Source of the DNA: Candidatus Latescibacterota bacterium
GTDB lineage: Bacteria; Latescibacterota; UBA2968
Assembly: GCA_965208125.1 (NCBI GenBank)
Contig: OZ242320.1
Span: 4,800,001 to 4,864,000, forward strand
Reading direction: 5' to 3'
Length of the DNA stretch: 64,000 bases
A program made the position numbers and the translations under genes. The notes beneath the pieces are model-generated. The model was not told the origin of the DNA, did no database searches, and saw only the letters and a program-made list of their open reading frames with translations. Positions 1-9,516 of this stretch are shown piece by piece (within the stretch, counting starts at the first letter, position 1; every line of letters begins with the position of its first letter).

Positions 1-1
1 G

Positions 2-256
2 ACGATAATAAACGACCTGAGGCGTTTCACGATTCACTTTGTGTATATCTCTCCATCAGAATCGGATTCCTGGGGGAGAGACAGACTGGGGACAGATAAT
101 ATTCTTGCTCCTGAAGAAAGGATAATGCTGGAACTTGAAAAGGGAACGTACGATATAAGGATCGTTGATGAGGATGGTGAGGAATACATCAAGAGGAATC
201 TGCAACTGAATAGCGATTACACCTGGCAGGTCAGGCTCTCCGATTTATCTACATAA
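2..256 (+). CDS. 3' part of a gene truncated by the window edge; small beta-sandwich-like domain (TIIND...FTIHFVYISPSESDSWG.D.LG...G.YDIR.VDEDG)
   Basis: The frame is open from base 2 to TAA at 254-256; the ORF-track start at 41 is an internal GTG. Confidence 0.7.
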   Translation, partial: TIINDLRRFTIHFVYISPSESDSWGRDRLGTDNILAPEERIMLELEKGTYDIRIVDEDGEEYIKRNLQLNSDYTWQVRLSDLST

Positions 257-394
257 GTGATGTTATGCAGCACCTGTATAGCTTGTGATTTATCGGTTTG
301 TAACGAAATGCAAATGGTCTCTCTGTGCGCTTTGAATACGATGCGGGGCAAGTCCAGACCAGATAGGACTTAACCGAAAAAGAAGGAGAAAGAA
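191..394 (+). repeat. Direct repeat copy A (about 204 bp): gene 3' end, intergenic region and RBS; copy B at 3251-3454
   Basis: aagaggaa(t/c)ctgcaactgaa...agataggacttaaccgaaaaagaaggagaaagaa is near-identical at an offset of 3060. Confidence 0.95.
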
Positions 395-788
395 CACGCC
401 GGATTTGATGAGCTATTGTGACAAGGACACCTACCCACACAAATGGATCATCGCGTATAACTTTGACAAGGCGTTAAACTACCGGTAGCCTGCGACGTCG
501 AGCAAACGGACGATTCTGAGCGCCGCGCCGGTCAACGCGCTGCTCCTTTCGGGCGGACAGAGGCCGGATGGGGAGATGTTTCTTTGGCCAGCTTTCGTAG
601 GGGAAGCCAGTCCACAGCTACCACCAGAAGGAGGCCAGTACAGGATCGGCGGGCAGGACGCGCAGGGTAGGGATCTGTTCTCCTATGACTTCGACATGAC
701 GGAGGTTGCAGACGGGGAAGGCACCTCGTCTTTTGTGTTCGCGGTTCCGGTACGGCAGGAGCTTGTATTTATACCGTTTCAAAGGTGA
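395..788 (+). pseudogene. Relic of the metalloprotease C-terminal region of a paralogue of 3456-8396
   Basis: 395-761 aligns to 7787-8147 (TPDLMSYC...FVFAVPVRQE). It has no start of its own and has an in-frame TAG where the intact gene has CAA (NYR*). Confidence 0.9.
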
Positions 789-833
789 ATCTGGCAGAAT
801 CAATAGACAATTCTAAAGAGAGGGTTTACTGGT

Positions 834-1313
834 ATGTTCCATAAATTTGCGCTTCTTGTTCTGGTTGTCTGCGTCGGTTGTGGCGACAAGGGTACAGAGC
901 CGGAGTCTCATCCTCTTGTTGGAAACTGGCGTCTGGTTAATTCGGACTTTCAGGGTCTGAGGAGGGCGATGGTGGATTACACAAGCAGGACCGGTACAAA
1001 TGTTACCGTGGATGAAAGTTTCGTCCATGTAGCCTCTATGCGCTTCAATGACGATTTTACGTGGTCCGATGATCAGGGAGAATCCGGAACCTGGAGTACT
1101 GACAGCGGCGATAGATTAACCATTACCGACTCTGAAGGCGTGAAATTGACAATGTCTTACTCGATCCAGGGCAACAGTCTGACGCTTAGTTTCACAGGTT
1201 CTGATTTTATACAGTCGGGAGCCAACAGTCTGGAAATAGCGTTCTTGCAACAAATTCTGTCCGGTCACGAAAATACGGTTCTTGTTCGTTTTGTCCTCGA
1301 GCGGTCGTCGTAA
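834..1313 (+). CDS. Lipoprotein with lipocalin-like beta-barrel domain
   Basis: Signal peptide with lipobox-like VCVGC; LVGNWRLV and GTWS..GD.LT motifs. Confidence 0.7.
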   Translation: MFHKFALLVLVVCVGCGDKGTEPESHPLVGNWRLVNSDFQGLRRAMVDYTSRTGTNVTVDESFVHVASMRFNDDFTWSDDQGESGTWSTDSGDRLTITDSEGVKLTMSYSIQGNSLTLSFTGSDFIQSGANSLEIAFLQQILSGHENTVLVRFVLERSS

Positions 1314-1400
1314 AAAGCCTGTATTCCTGCACGGCTATATTGACGCGACCATGGCTTCTGTCTTCTAATAGGACTTAACCAAAAAAGAAGGAGAAAGAAA

Positions 1401-3011
1401 ATGTGTAAGTACTTGACACTTGTCGCACTCATTGGACTCTTTTTCGCAGGTCCAGTCTCTGCTGATTCTCATACAGATCCAGACTTTAACGACGATGGTG
1501 TGGTCAATTTTGCCGACTTTTTGGCATTTGTAGGTCAGTTTGGGGCACGTCAGGGCGATGGGCGGTATGAGGCGAAGTATGACTTAGACAGCGATGGTGC
1601 GATAGGTTTTAGTGATTTTCTGATCTTTGCCAACAGTTATGGTCAACAAGTGCCGCCATCTGGTGGTGAGACGCCTGCCATCTACAAGGAGACCCTCGAC
1701 CTGTATGCTTTCAACGGTGATCCGGGGGGTATCACGTATGCCAATAACAGATTCTATGTGGTTGATTGGGCGGATGACAAGGTGTATGTGTACAATAGTA
1801 GTGGTCAGCGAGTAGCAAGCGCTGACTTCGACCTGGATAGCGACAACAGGGGTCCGACAGGTATCACGTATGCCAATAACAGATTCTATGTGGTTGATTG
1901 GGCGGATGCCAAGGTGTATGTGTACAATAGTAGTGGTCAGCGAGTAGAAAACGCTGACTTCGACTTGGATAGCGACAATAGTTATGCGACAGGTATCACG
2001 TATGCCAACAACAGATTCTATGTGGTTGATAATGATGATAACAAGGTGTATGTGTACACGAGTTCTGGTCAGCGCGTAGCAAGTGCTGACTTCGACCTGC
2101 GCAGATACAACAGTTCTCCGAGAGGTATCACGTATGCCAACAACAGATTCTATGTGGTTGATGATGAGTATTTGGATGAGAAGGTGTATGTGTACACCAG
2201 TAGTGGTCAGCGAGTAGCAAGTGCTGACTTCGACCTGAATAGCGGCAACAGTTATGCGACAGGTATCACGTATGCCAACAACAGATTCTATGTGGTTGAT
2301 AATGATGATAACAAGGTGTATGTGTACACGAGTTCTGGTCAGCGCGTAGCAAGTGCTGACTTCGACCTGCATAGCGGCAACAGTGCTCCGGGGGGTATCA
2401 CGTATGCCAACAACAAATTCTATGTGCTTGATGATGAGTTTTTTGGTATTAGTAATATTAGTAAGGTGTATGTGTACACCAGTAGTGGTCAGCGAGTAGC
2501 AAGTGCTGACTTCGACCTATATAGCGACAATAGTTCTCCGACAGATATCACGTATGCCAACAACAGATTCTATGTGGTTGATGGGTTTGATGACAAGGTG
2601 TATGTGTACACCAGTAGTGGTCAGCGCGTAGCAAGCGCTGACTTCGACCTGCATGCTTTCAACGGTGATCCGAGTGGTATCACGTATGCCAACAACAGGT
2701 TCTATGTGGTTGATGTGAGGGATGACAAGGTGTATGTGTACACCAGTAGTGGTCAGCGCGTAGCAAGTGCTGACTTCGACCTATATAGCGGTAATGGTGA
2801 TCCGAGCGGTATCACGTATGCCAACAACAGATTCTATGTGCTTGAGTGGTGGGATGAGAAGGTGTATGTGTACAGTAGTAGTGGTCAGCGAGTAGCAAGT
2901 GCTGACTTCGACCTGCATAGCGACAACAGTAATCCGGAGGGTATCACGTATGCCAACAACAGATTCTATGTGGTTGATTACTATGATGACAAGGTGTATG
3001 TGTACGAGTAG
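1401..3011 (+). CDS. Secreted protein: signal peptide, dockerin/EF-hand-like pair and 10 NHL-like beta-propeller repeats
   Basis: RBS aaggag; DFNDDGVVNFADF and DLDSDGAIGFSDF motifs; ten GITYANNRFYVV...KVYVY repeats. Confidence 0.9.
   Translation: MCKYLTLVALIGLFFAGPVSADSHTDPDFNDDGVVNFADFLAFVGQFGARQGDGRYEAKYDLDSDGAIGFSDFLIFANSYGQQVPPSGGETPAIYKETLDLYAFNGDPGGITYANNRFYVVDWADDKVYVYNSSGQRVASADFDLDSDNRGPTGITYANNRFYVVDWADAKVYVYNSSGQRVENADFDLDSDNSYATGITYANNRFYVVDNDDNKVYVYTSSGQRVASADFDLRRYNSSPRGITYANNRFYVVDDEYLDEKVYVYTSSGQRVASADFDLNSGNSYATGITYANNRFYVVDNDDNKVYVYTSSGQRVASADFDLHSGNSAPGGITYANNKFYVLDDEFFGISNISKVYVYTSSGQRVASADFDLYSDNSSPTDITYANNRFYVVDGFDDKVYVYTSSGQRVASADFDLHAFNGDPSGITYANNRFYVVDVRDDKVYVYTSSGQRVASADFDLYSGNGDPSGITYANNRFYVLEWWDEKVYVYSSSGQRVASADFDLHSDNSNPEGITYANNRFYVVDYYDDKVYVYE
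1698..3008 (+). repeat. Intragenic tandem array of 10 units of about 132 bp (44 aa) with two variable loops
   Basis: Constant gtatcacgtatgccaa(c/t)aacagattctatgtg and aaggtgtatgtgtac blocks recur ten times. Confidence 0.95.
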
Positions 3012-3250
3012 TGGGTAATAAGGAAGTGGTGGGGGTAGTTCGGCAAGTGCAACCTTGAGAGATGAAAAAACGGTCTGAAGCGGTGTACAACGGGTCGATT
3101 TTCAGACCCGTTCATCAGGATGAATGGGATGAAAGGATGGCCAGGATGAAAGGCGATGCGCGGTGGAGGGCTTTCGCGGTTGGCAAGCCTGTCAGCCCTC
3201 CGCCGCTTTGACAACAGAGACAGGTCGTCACCTGCTCTGTTTCTCAATCT

Positions 3251-3454
3251 AAGAGGAACCTGCAACTGAACAGCGATTACACCTGGCAGGTCAGACTCTC
3301 CGATTTATTTGCATAAGTGATGTTATGCAGCACCTGTATAGCTTGTGATTTATCGGTTTGTAACGAAATGCAAATGGTCTCTCTGTGCGCTTTGAATACG
3401 ATGCGGGTCAAGTCCAGACCAGATAGGACTTAACCGAAAAAGAAGGAGAAAGAA
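3251..3454 (+). repeat. Direct repeat copy B, the leader of 3456-8396
   Basis: Matches 191-394. Confidence 0.95.
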
Positions 3455-3455
3455 A

Positions 3456-6400
3456 ATGTGTAAGCACTTGACACTTGTCGCACTCATTGGACTCTTTTTC
3501 GCAGGTCAAGTCTCTGCTACTTCTCATACAGATCCTGACTTTAACGACGATGGAATCGTCAATGAATTGGACTTAAGGCTCCTTATTTCCAATTGGGGAA
3601 CGCGAGCAGGTGGACCAAATTGGGATGCGAAGATCGATCTGAATAGTGATGGAATCGTCGATGAATTGGACTTAAGGCTCCTTATTTCCAATTGGGGCAA
3701 GACATTTCCAGTGATACTGAGCGAGCGCGATGTACTGGTGGCGCTATACAATGCGACGGGTGGCGTCAATTGGACAAATAGCACCCATTGGCTCAGTAGC
3801 AACGACATTTCCACCTGGCATGGTGTCAGCGTTTCTAACGGTTTGGTTACAGGCCTGGACCTTAGTAATAATAATCTGATGGGGGAGATTCCCGCGGAAT
3901 TGGGCAACTTGACCAACCTGACAAGGCTGGATCTTTCCTTCAACAGCATCACGGATGTGTCTGCGCTATCTGGACTGACCAACCTGGCAGTGCTGGGGCT
4001 TGACAACAACAGCATTTCGGACCTTTTGCCCCTAATTGCGAACAGGGGCTTGGGCAGTGGAGATAGGGTTGATGTGAGGAATAACCCACTGAGTGCCGCA
4101 TCGCTCAACACACACATTCCAGCCCTTCAGAATAGAGGAGTTAATGTGCTGTTTGACACGCCGCCAAAGATATACTGGACGGACTTGTGGACGGGTACGA
4201 TCCAGCGTGCGAACCTGGATGGGAGCGGGGTGGAAGATCTGGTTACGCACACGGGGGGAGTCAGTCTGGCGTTGGATTCGGGCGCTGGCAAGATGTACTG
4301 GACGGTCTTAGAATTGGACAAGATCCAGCGTGCGAACCTGGACGGGAGTGGGATAGAAGATCTGGTTACGCAGGCGGAGGCGGCATTCGGTCTGGCACTG
4401 GATCTGGGTGCTGGCAAGATGTATTGGACCGGAAGAGACAAGATTCAGCGTGCGAATCTGGATGGGAGTGGGGTGGAAGATTTGGTCATCACGCGCGGGA
4501 CAGATAACGATCCATTCGACTTGGCGCTGGTTCCGGGTGCTGGCAAGATGTACTGGACGGCCACTGAAGGGGGCACGATTCGGCGTGCGAATCTGGATGG
4601 GAGTGGGGTGGAAGACTTGGTCACGGGATTGGGAGGGCCATTCAGCTTGGCGCTGGATCTGGGTGCTGGTAAGATGTACTGGACGGCCATTAATGAGGGC
4701 AAGATCCAGCGAGCGAATCTGAATGGGAGTGATGTGGAAGATCTAATCACGGGATTGGGAGAGACATTCGGTCTGGCGTTGGATCCGGGTGCTGGCAAGA
4801 TGTACTGGACGGTGATTAAGGAGGACAAGGCCCAGCAGAAAAGCAACACGATTCGGCGAGCGAATCTGGATGGGAGTGGGGTGGAAGACTTCATCACGGG
4901 ATTGTATGCGCCAGGCGGCTTGGCGCTGGACCTGGGCAACCAGGGCGGTGATGTGATCCCGCCACCGCCTGAGGATCGGGAGGCATTGGTGGCACTGTAC
5001 AATGCGACGAACGGTTCCGGCTGGACGGACAAGACGAACTGGCTCAGCGACAGGCCGCTGGGAGAATGGTACGGCGTCACCGCGAATGCCCAGGACCGAG
5101 TGACCAGGCTTGTCCTCGACAACAACAATCTGACGGGCGCGATTCCTTCTGAACTGGGCAATCTCGCCAGCTTAGAGGTGCTGGCCCTCTGGTACAACAA
5201 CCTGACAGGTACGATCCCTGCGGAATTGGGCGACCTCGCCAACCTGCAAAGCCTGTTCCTCAGCCACAATAACCTGACAGGTGCGATCCCGTCTGAATTG
5301 GGCAACCTCGCCAACCTGGAAACGCTGGTCATCAGCCACAACAATCTGACGGGTGCGATCCCGTCTGAACTGGGCAACCTCGCCAACCTGGAAACGCTGG
5401 TCATCAGCCACAACAATCTGACGGGTGCGATCCCGTCTGAACTGGGCAACCTCGCCAACTTGACAGGACTGTACCTGGAAGACAATTCCGATTTGTTCGG
5501 TCCCTTACCTGAGACCTTGACTGCGCTTGGTAAACTCCAGGCACTGAATACTATAAATACGCAGTTGTGCATACCGTCTGATCCCGCGTTTCTGGCGTGG
5601 CTGCAATCGATAGAAGCTGGGGGACGGCTGTGCGTGGTGAGGATGGCGGTTGTGTCGGGTGGTGGGCAGCGCGCCGTTTCCGGAACGCGGCTCCCGCAAC
5701 CTGTGGAGGTGCAGGCCATCGGCGCGAACGACGTACCCGTGGAGTACGCGACGGTGGTGTTCTCGCCCGGAGAAGGGCACGGCACGGCGAATCCGGACGA
5801 GGCCACGACCGACAGATATGGGATCGTGCAGACGTTTTGGACGCTGGGACAGGTCGTGGGTGAACAGACGCTGACCGCGACCGTGGAGGGGCAGTCGGTT
5901 CAGGTGGTGGCCACGGCCACGGCGACGGCGACGGATCGGGAGGCATTGGTGGCACTGTACAACGCGACGAACGGTTCTGGCTGGACGAACAAGGCCAATT
6001 GGCTTAGCGACAGACCTATCGGGGAATGGCACGGCGTGACCACTGACGCATCGGGAAGGGTCGTCCGCCTTTCCCTCGAAGTGAACAATCTTAAGGGGCC
6101 GATCCCGTCTCAACTCGGCAATCTCGCCAACCTGACGCACCTGTACCTCACCACCAACAACCTGACGGGTCCGATCCCACCCTCACTCGGCAATCTCGCC
6201 AACCTGGAGGTCCTGTCCATCCAAAGCAACAACCTAACAGGTCCGATCCCACCCTCACTCGGCCGCCTGGTCAACCTCCAACGCCTGTATCTTGGCAACA
6301 ATCAACTGGCGGGTACAATCCCGCGTGACTTCACGCTGCTGTGCAACTTACGATACTTGTACCTTCATGGGAACGCACTGTCCGAACTGCCGTCGTCCGC

Positions 6401-8396
6401 CCATCCCTGCTTTGGCCAGGAATTGGAAGTGCTACATCTTCACGATAACGATTTTCTGGGGCCATTCCCTCCGTGGCTTGCCAATCTTACGAGCCTAACC
6501 TATTTGACATTGGGTGGTCCAAGCGATACCTGTGTGCCAGCAAACGACGGTTTCAGGGCCTGGGTGCGTGATCTCCACCAGCGCGGAGCTTTGGCTGAAT
6601 CAGACACTCCCACCTATTGCGGAGAGGGCTTCTGGTTCACCTGGCGGTTCGAGCAGACGACAACTGGCCGGAGCTGGACGGGGGCACGGCCGTTTGCCGC
6701 TCACAGAATTCGTGGAAAGCCTATGCTGCTCCGCATTTTCATGGGGATGCAAAACAACAACCACGGCAGTTGGGGCATCCAAAGTCCGCGCATGAAGATT
6801 ATGTTCTATGAGGGCATTGTGATCGATACGAGCGAGCCGACGGTTGACGTACCAGCAGGCGCCATCCCTCTATGGGCGACCCGCGACCAGGCGTTTCTTT
6901 TGGATCCATCCTACCGGCAGTCAATCAACATATTGATTCCGGGCCACCTGCCGATGCGAGGTCGCAGTACATCTATACGCATCGAGTTTGATCCAGATAA
7001 TACGTTTAGAGAAATAGTCGGGAACCGGATGCCTGCTCTTCATCATGATCCGCAATTCGCCCATTCGGATTGGGTTCGCATGATAGACTATGGGCAAACA
7101 TACGAGATACTGTCAGGTTACGACGCGAATCCCCGAGCTGGATGGCCTATTCAAGAAATGCCACCGGCCAAAGTCTATCTGATGCCTTTAATGAAATCGC
7201 AATCGGACGACAGAGGCATGATTCGTGCGATTAATGATCTTGTCAGGAAGGGACCGAGCCACTCGTTCTTCTGGGAAACACAGAATCTGCTCCCCATTAA
7301 GGATCTCACCCTTCACAGCGGGCGTGGTCTGATGTTGGGATATCATCCGACGGACGATAACAAGTTGTTCGTATTGAGTGCGTTGGAGGCGAGCTTGCTG
7401 TTCAGAACGTGGGACAACGAGTTCGATTATATTGTGGGTCTTATACCAGAAGGCGGAGGTATCGCAAATGGCACTGGAGGAAGGCTTTCTGTTGTAGGTT
7501 ATAAAGGAGGTTCGCCGAACAACGCGCTGGCACACGAACTTGGGCACAATATGGACCTTGGTCATGCGCCGTGCGGAGTTACTGGTTTCTTCAACAAAGT
7601 GGTGATCGACGACAGCTACCCGTGGGATGACGGCAAAATCGGTGGTCCCAGCGTTCGCGGGGTTGATCTCGGTATCGAGAGCCTTCGGCGCAACCATGTG
7701 CGGGCATGGGATGGCGAATATGTAAAGTCAATCGATCGTCCGATGTTGTTGGATCCAGATGAAACTGAGTTCATAGTAGATGGGGACACGCCGGATTTGA
7801 TGAGCTATTGTCGCGAGGACACCTATCCACGCCAATGGATCAGCGCGTATCACTTTGACAAGGCGTTAAACTACCGGCAACCAGCGACGAGTAAGCCAGC
7901 TACAAGCACTGCGCCTGTCAACGCACTGCTCCTTTCGGGCGGACAGAGGCCGGATGGGGAGATGTTTCTTTGGCCAGCTTTCGTAGGGGAAGCCAGTCCA
8001 CAACTGCCGCAAGAAGGAGGCCAGTACAGGATCGGCGGGCAGGACGCACAGGGCAGAGAGTTGTTCTCCTTTGACTTCGACATGACGGAGGTTGCAGACG
8101 GGGAAGGCGCCTCATTGTTTGTGTTCGCGGTTCCGGTACGGCAGGAGTGGGCGAACGCACTTGCGCGTATCACGCTCACAGGACCGGAGGGGGCGGCCAC
8201 ACTGGACAGAGACGGTGCGGCGGCTGCGGTTCTTCTGCGGGATTCGACCGGGGAGGTGCGGGGTATCTTGCGTGACTGGAAAGATAGTGCGCTAACGGCA
8301 AGCGCCATTGCTGAAGCATTAGGGGATCCGAACATCAAGGATTGGGATGTCCAGATCAGCCGCGGTATCCCGAACGCCTCCTACTGGAAACGGTGA
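3456..8396 (+). CDS. Large secreted modular protein: dockerin-like, LRR blocks, 6 YWTD (LDL-receptor class B-like) repeats, Ig-like domain, M66-like zinc metalloprotease
   Basis: Signal peptide; duplicated DxNxDGIVxELDL; LxxNNLTGxIPxELGNL plant-type LRRs; KMYWT...IQRANLDGSGVEDL repeats; HELGHNMDLGH near 7533 with a Met-turn-like DLMSY. Confidence 0.9.
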   Translation: MCKHLTLVALIGLFFAGQVSATSHTDPDFNDDGIVNELDLRLLISNWGTRAGGPNWDAKIDLNSDGIVDELDLRLLISNWGKTFPVILSERDVLVALYNATGGVNWTNSTHWLSSNDISTWHGVSVSNGLVTGLDLSNNNLMGEIPAELGNLTNLTRLDLSFNSITDVSALSGLTNLAVLGLDNNSISDLLPLIANRGLGSGDRVDVRNNPLSAASLNTHIPALQNRGVNVLFDTPPKIYWTDLWTGTIQRANLDGSGVEDLVTHTGGVSLALDSGAGKMYWTVLELDKIQRANLDGSGIEDLVTQAEAAFGLALDLGAGKMYWTGRDKIQRANLDGSGVEDLVITRGTDNDPFDLALVPGAGKMYWTATEGGTIRRANLDGSGVEDLVTGLGGPFSLALDLGAGKMYWTAINEGKIQRANLNGSDVEDLITGLGETFGLALDPGAGKMYWTVIKEDKAQQKSNTIRRANLDGSGVEDFITGLYAPGGLALDLGNQGGDVIPPPPEDREALVALYNATNGSGWTDKTNWLSDRPLGEWYGVTANAQDRVTRLVLDNNNLTGAIPSELGNLASLEVLALWYNNLTGTIPAELGDLANLQSLFLSHNNLTGAIPSELGNLANLETLVISHNNLTGAIPSELGNLANLETLVISHNNLTGAIPSELGNLANLTGLYLEDNSDLFGPLPETLTALGKLQALNTINTQLCIPSDPAFLAWLQSIEAGGRLCVVRMAVVSGGGQRAVSGTRLPQPVEVQAIGANDVPVEYATVVFSPGEGHGTANPDEATTDRYGIVQTFWTLGQVVGEQTLTATVEGQSVQVVATATATATDREALVALYNATNGSGWTNKANWLSDRPIGEWHGVTTDASGRVVRLSLEVNNLKGPIPSQLGNLANLTHLYLTTNNLTGPIPPSLGNLANLEVLSIQSNNLTGPIPPSLGRLVNLQRLYLGNNQLAGTIPRDFTLLCNLRYLYLHGNALSELPSSAHPCFGQELEVLHLHDNDFLGPFPPWLANLTSLTYLTLGGPSDTCVPANDGFRAWVRDLHQRGALAESDTPTYCGEGFWFTWRFEQTTTGRSWTGARPFAAHRIRGKPMLLRIFMGMQNNNHGSWGIQSPRMKIMFYEGIVIDTSEPTVDVPAGAIPLWATRDQAFLLDPSYRQSINILIPGHLPMRGRSTSIRIEFDPDNTFREIVGNRMPALHHDPQFAHSDWVRMIDYGQTYEILSGYDANPRAGWPIQEMPPAKVYLMPLMKSQSDDRGMIRAINDLVRKGPSHSFFWETQNLLPIKDLTLHSGRGLMLGYHPTDDNKLFVLSALEASLLFRTWDNEFDYIVGLIPEGGGIANGTGGRLSVVGYKGGSPNNALAHELGHNMDLGHAPCGVTGFFNKVVIDDSYPWDDGKIGGPSVRGVDLGIESLRRNHVRAWDGEYVKSIDRPMLLDPDETEFIVDGDTPDLMSYCREDTYPRQWISAYHFDKALNYRQPATSKPATSTAPVNALLLSGGQRPDGEMFLWPAFVGEASPQLPQEGGQYRIGGQDAQGRELFSFDFDMTEVADGEGASLFVFAVPVRQEWANALARITLTGPEGAATLDRDGAAAAVLLRDSTGEVRGILRDWKDSALTASAIAEALGDPNIKDWDVQISRGIPNASYWKR

Positions 8397-8602
8397 GTTT
8401 GGACCTGCTCCGCTTTCACGGACGATTGGTTTTCGGGGTTGATAGTGTCTGATGTGGACTTGACCCGTTTTGGGGTCAAGTCCATTGGGCAAAATAATCA
8501 GCGTTTTGACACTATGGCACCAGATCAATAGCTTGCAGAGAAATACCACTACTTGGTTTGATAACCTCGATTGACAGGTCAATTGGTTTTATTGTCAATA
8601 GA

Positions 8603-8887
8603 TCAATTGGGGATCAACTCAATGTTGAGCCGACAGCCTACGGCCTCCGCGTATTTTCGCAGCGTTTCTACTTTTGGAGAATGTTGGCTATTGGCAGACT
8701 CTAAGCGGGTGATCGCTGTTGCCTTCGTGCCCATCTTCTCAGCGACCTGCTCTTGAGTCATACCAGCGCGTTTTCGCGCTTCAAGCATCTTGTGTAGCAA
8801 CTCAAATTCAGGTGCTGCTTCATCATACTTTTCTTTGTATTCAGGTTGTGACCGCATTTTTGCGATTAGTGCTTTATGGCTGAGCAT
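8603..8887 (-). CDS. higA: HigA-type Xre/HTH antitoxin
   Basis: ARKRAGMTQEQVAEKMGTKATAITRLES HTH; lies downstream of a RelE-family toxin; has an RBS. Confidence 0.85.
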   Translation of the reverse strand: MLSHKALIAKMRSQPEYKEKYDEAAPEFELLHKMLEARKRAGMTQEQVAEKMGTKATAITRLESANSQHSPKVETLRKYAEAVGCRLNIELIPN

Positions 8888-8940
8888 TTTCCCTCCTGTG
8901 AGGATTATTTTATTTTGCCTGCGACGTGTTCAGAATAATT

Positions 8941-9241
8941 TCATTGTCGAGCATCCCTAAATTCTGACCGCCGTCTTCTTGCGGTATTGAGTTCTTTCTT
9001 CGGTGTCTTTTGAGACTTTTTCACAAAGCAGTGTAGCATCACTATTTTTCTATTGACACCTGTGCTGCGCTGAGGTCCTGTGGACGGGATCTGTGAAGTA
9101 ATTGTGCAAAAGAACACACGACCAATTCCCTCTTTGGCTCTCAGTCTAAGCTCAAACAAACCGTCCCCCAAGGCTCGCGTGTGTGGCATTCCAAGATTGG
9201 GACCAAATTCTTCCATGAGTGAAGTCAGGTGATCATATCGC
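8941..9241 (-). pseudogene. higB: RelE/HigB (Gp49-like) toxin, N-terminally truncated, with a 14-aa in-frame insertion
   Basis: GPNLGMPHTRALGDGLFELR...IVMLHCFVKKSQKTP. Upstream of RYDHLT the DNA is the antisense of an LRR relic. Confidence 0.8.
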
Positions 9242-9482
9242 ACCTCTGGTGGAAAACACAGGATTGGGTAGTGGAGATGAGGTTGATGTGAGAAATAACC
9301 CGCTGAGTGCCATATCACTCAACACGCATATTCCAGTCCTTCAGAGTAGAGGCGTTAATGTGCAGTTTGGCGCAGGGAAGCCTGCGGTTTTGGAGAAAGA
9401 GACGCGCCCGCCCCGTGGTGCGGTGATGAACCCATTTGGGGGTAGGGGGCCAGAAGAAGGGGAGGACATTCACCGCAGGTAG
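9236..9482 (+). pseudogene. Relic C-terminus of an internalin-type LRR protein (LRR cap and tail)
   Basis: IAPLVENTGLGSGDEVDVRNNPLSAISLNTHIPVLQSRGVNVQF is homologous to about 4020-4155 of the 3456 gene; no signal peptide. Confidence 0.85.
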
Positions 9483-9516
9483 AAGGTCAAGTGTATTGAT
9501 CCGGCGAATATGCAGT

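Noticed and set aside
1698-3008. CRISPR-like alternation of constant and variable blocks
   Set aside because: The units are in-frame coding repeats within one ORF, the variable parts are short and related to each other, and no cas genes are present.
3113-3150. Short ggatga-type repeats (similar low-complexity motifs near 21275-21300 and 59308-59340)
   Set aside because: Too short to classify; they resemble common intergenic mini-repeats and have no supportable function.
4445-5806. Long antisense ORFs over the LRR/YWTD genes (also 1584-2372, 18404-19456, 22504-23475)
   Set aside because: Shadow frames caused by repeat codon bias; no independent motifs.
8514-8540. Other TGGCA(C) motifs (8515, 12146, 12164) as sigma-54 promoters
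   Set aside because: No TTGC at the required -12 spacing.
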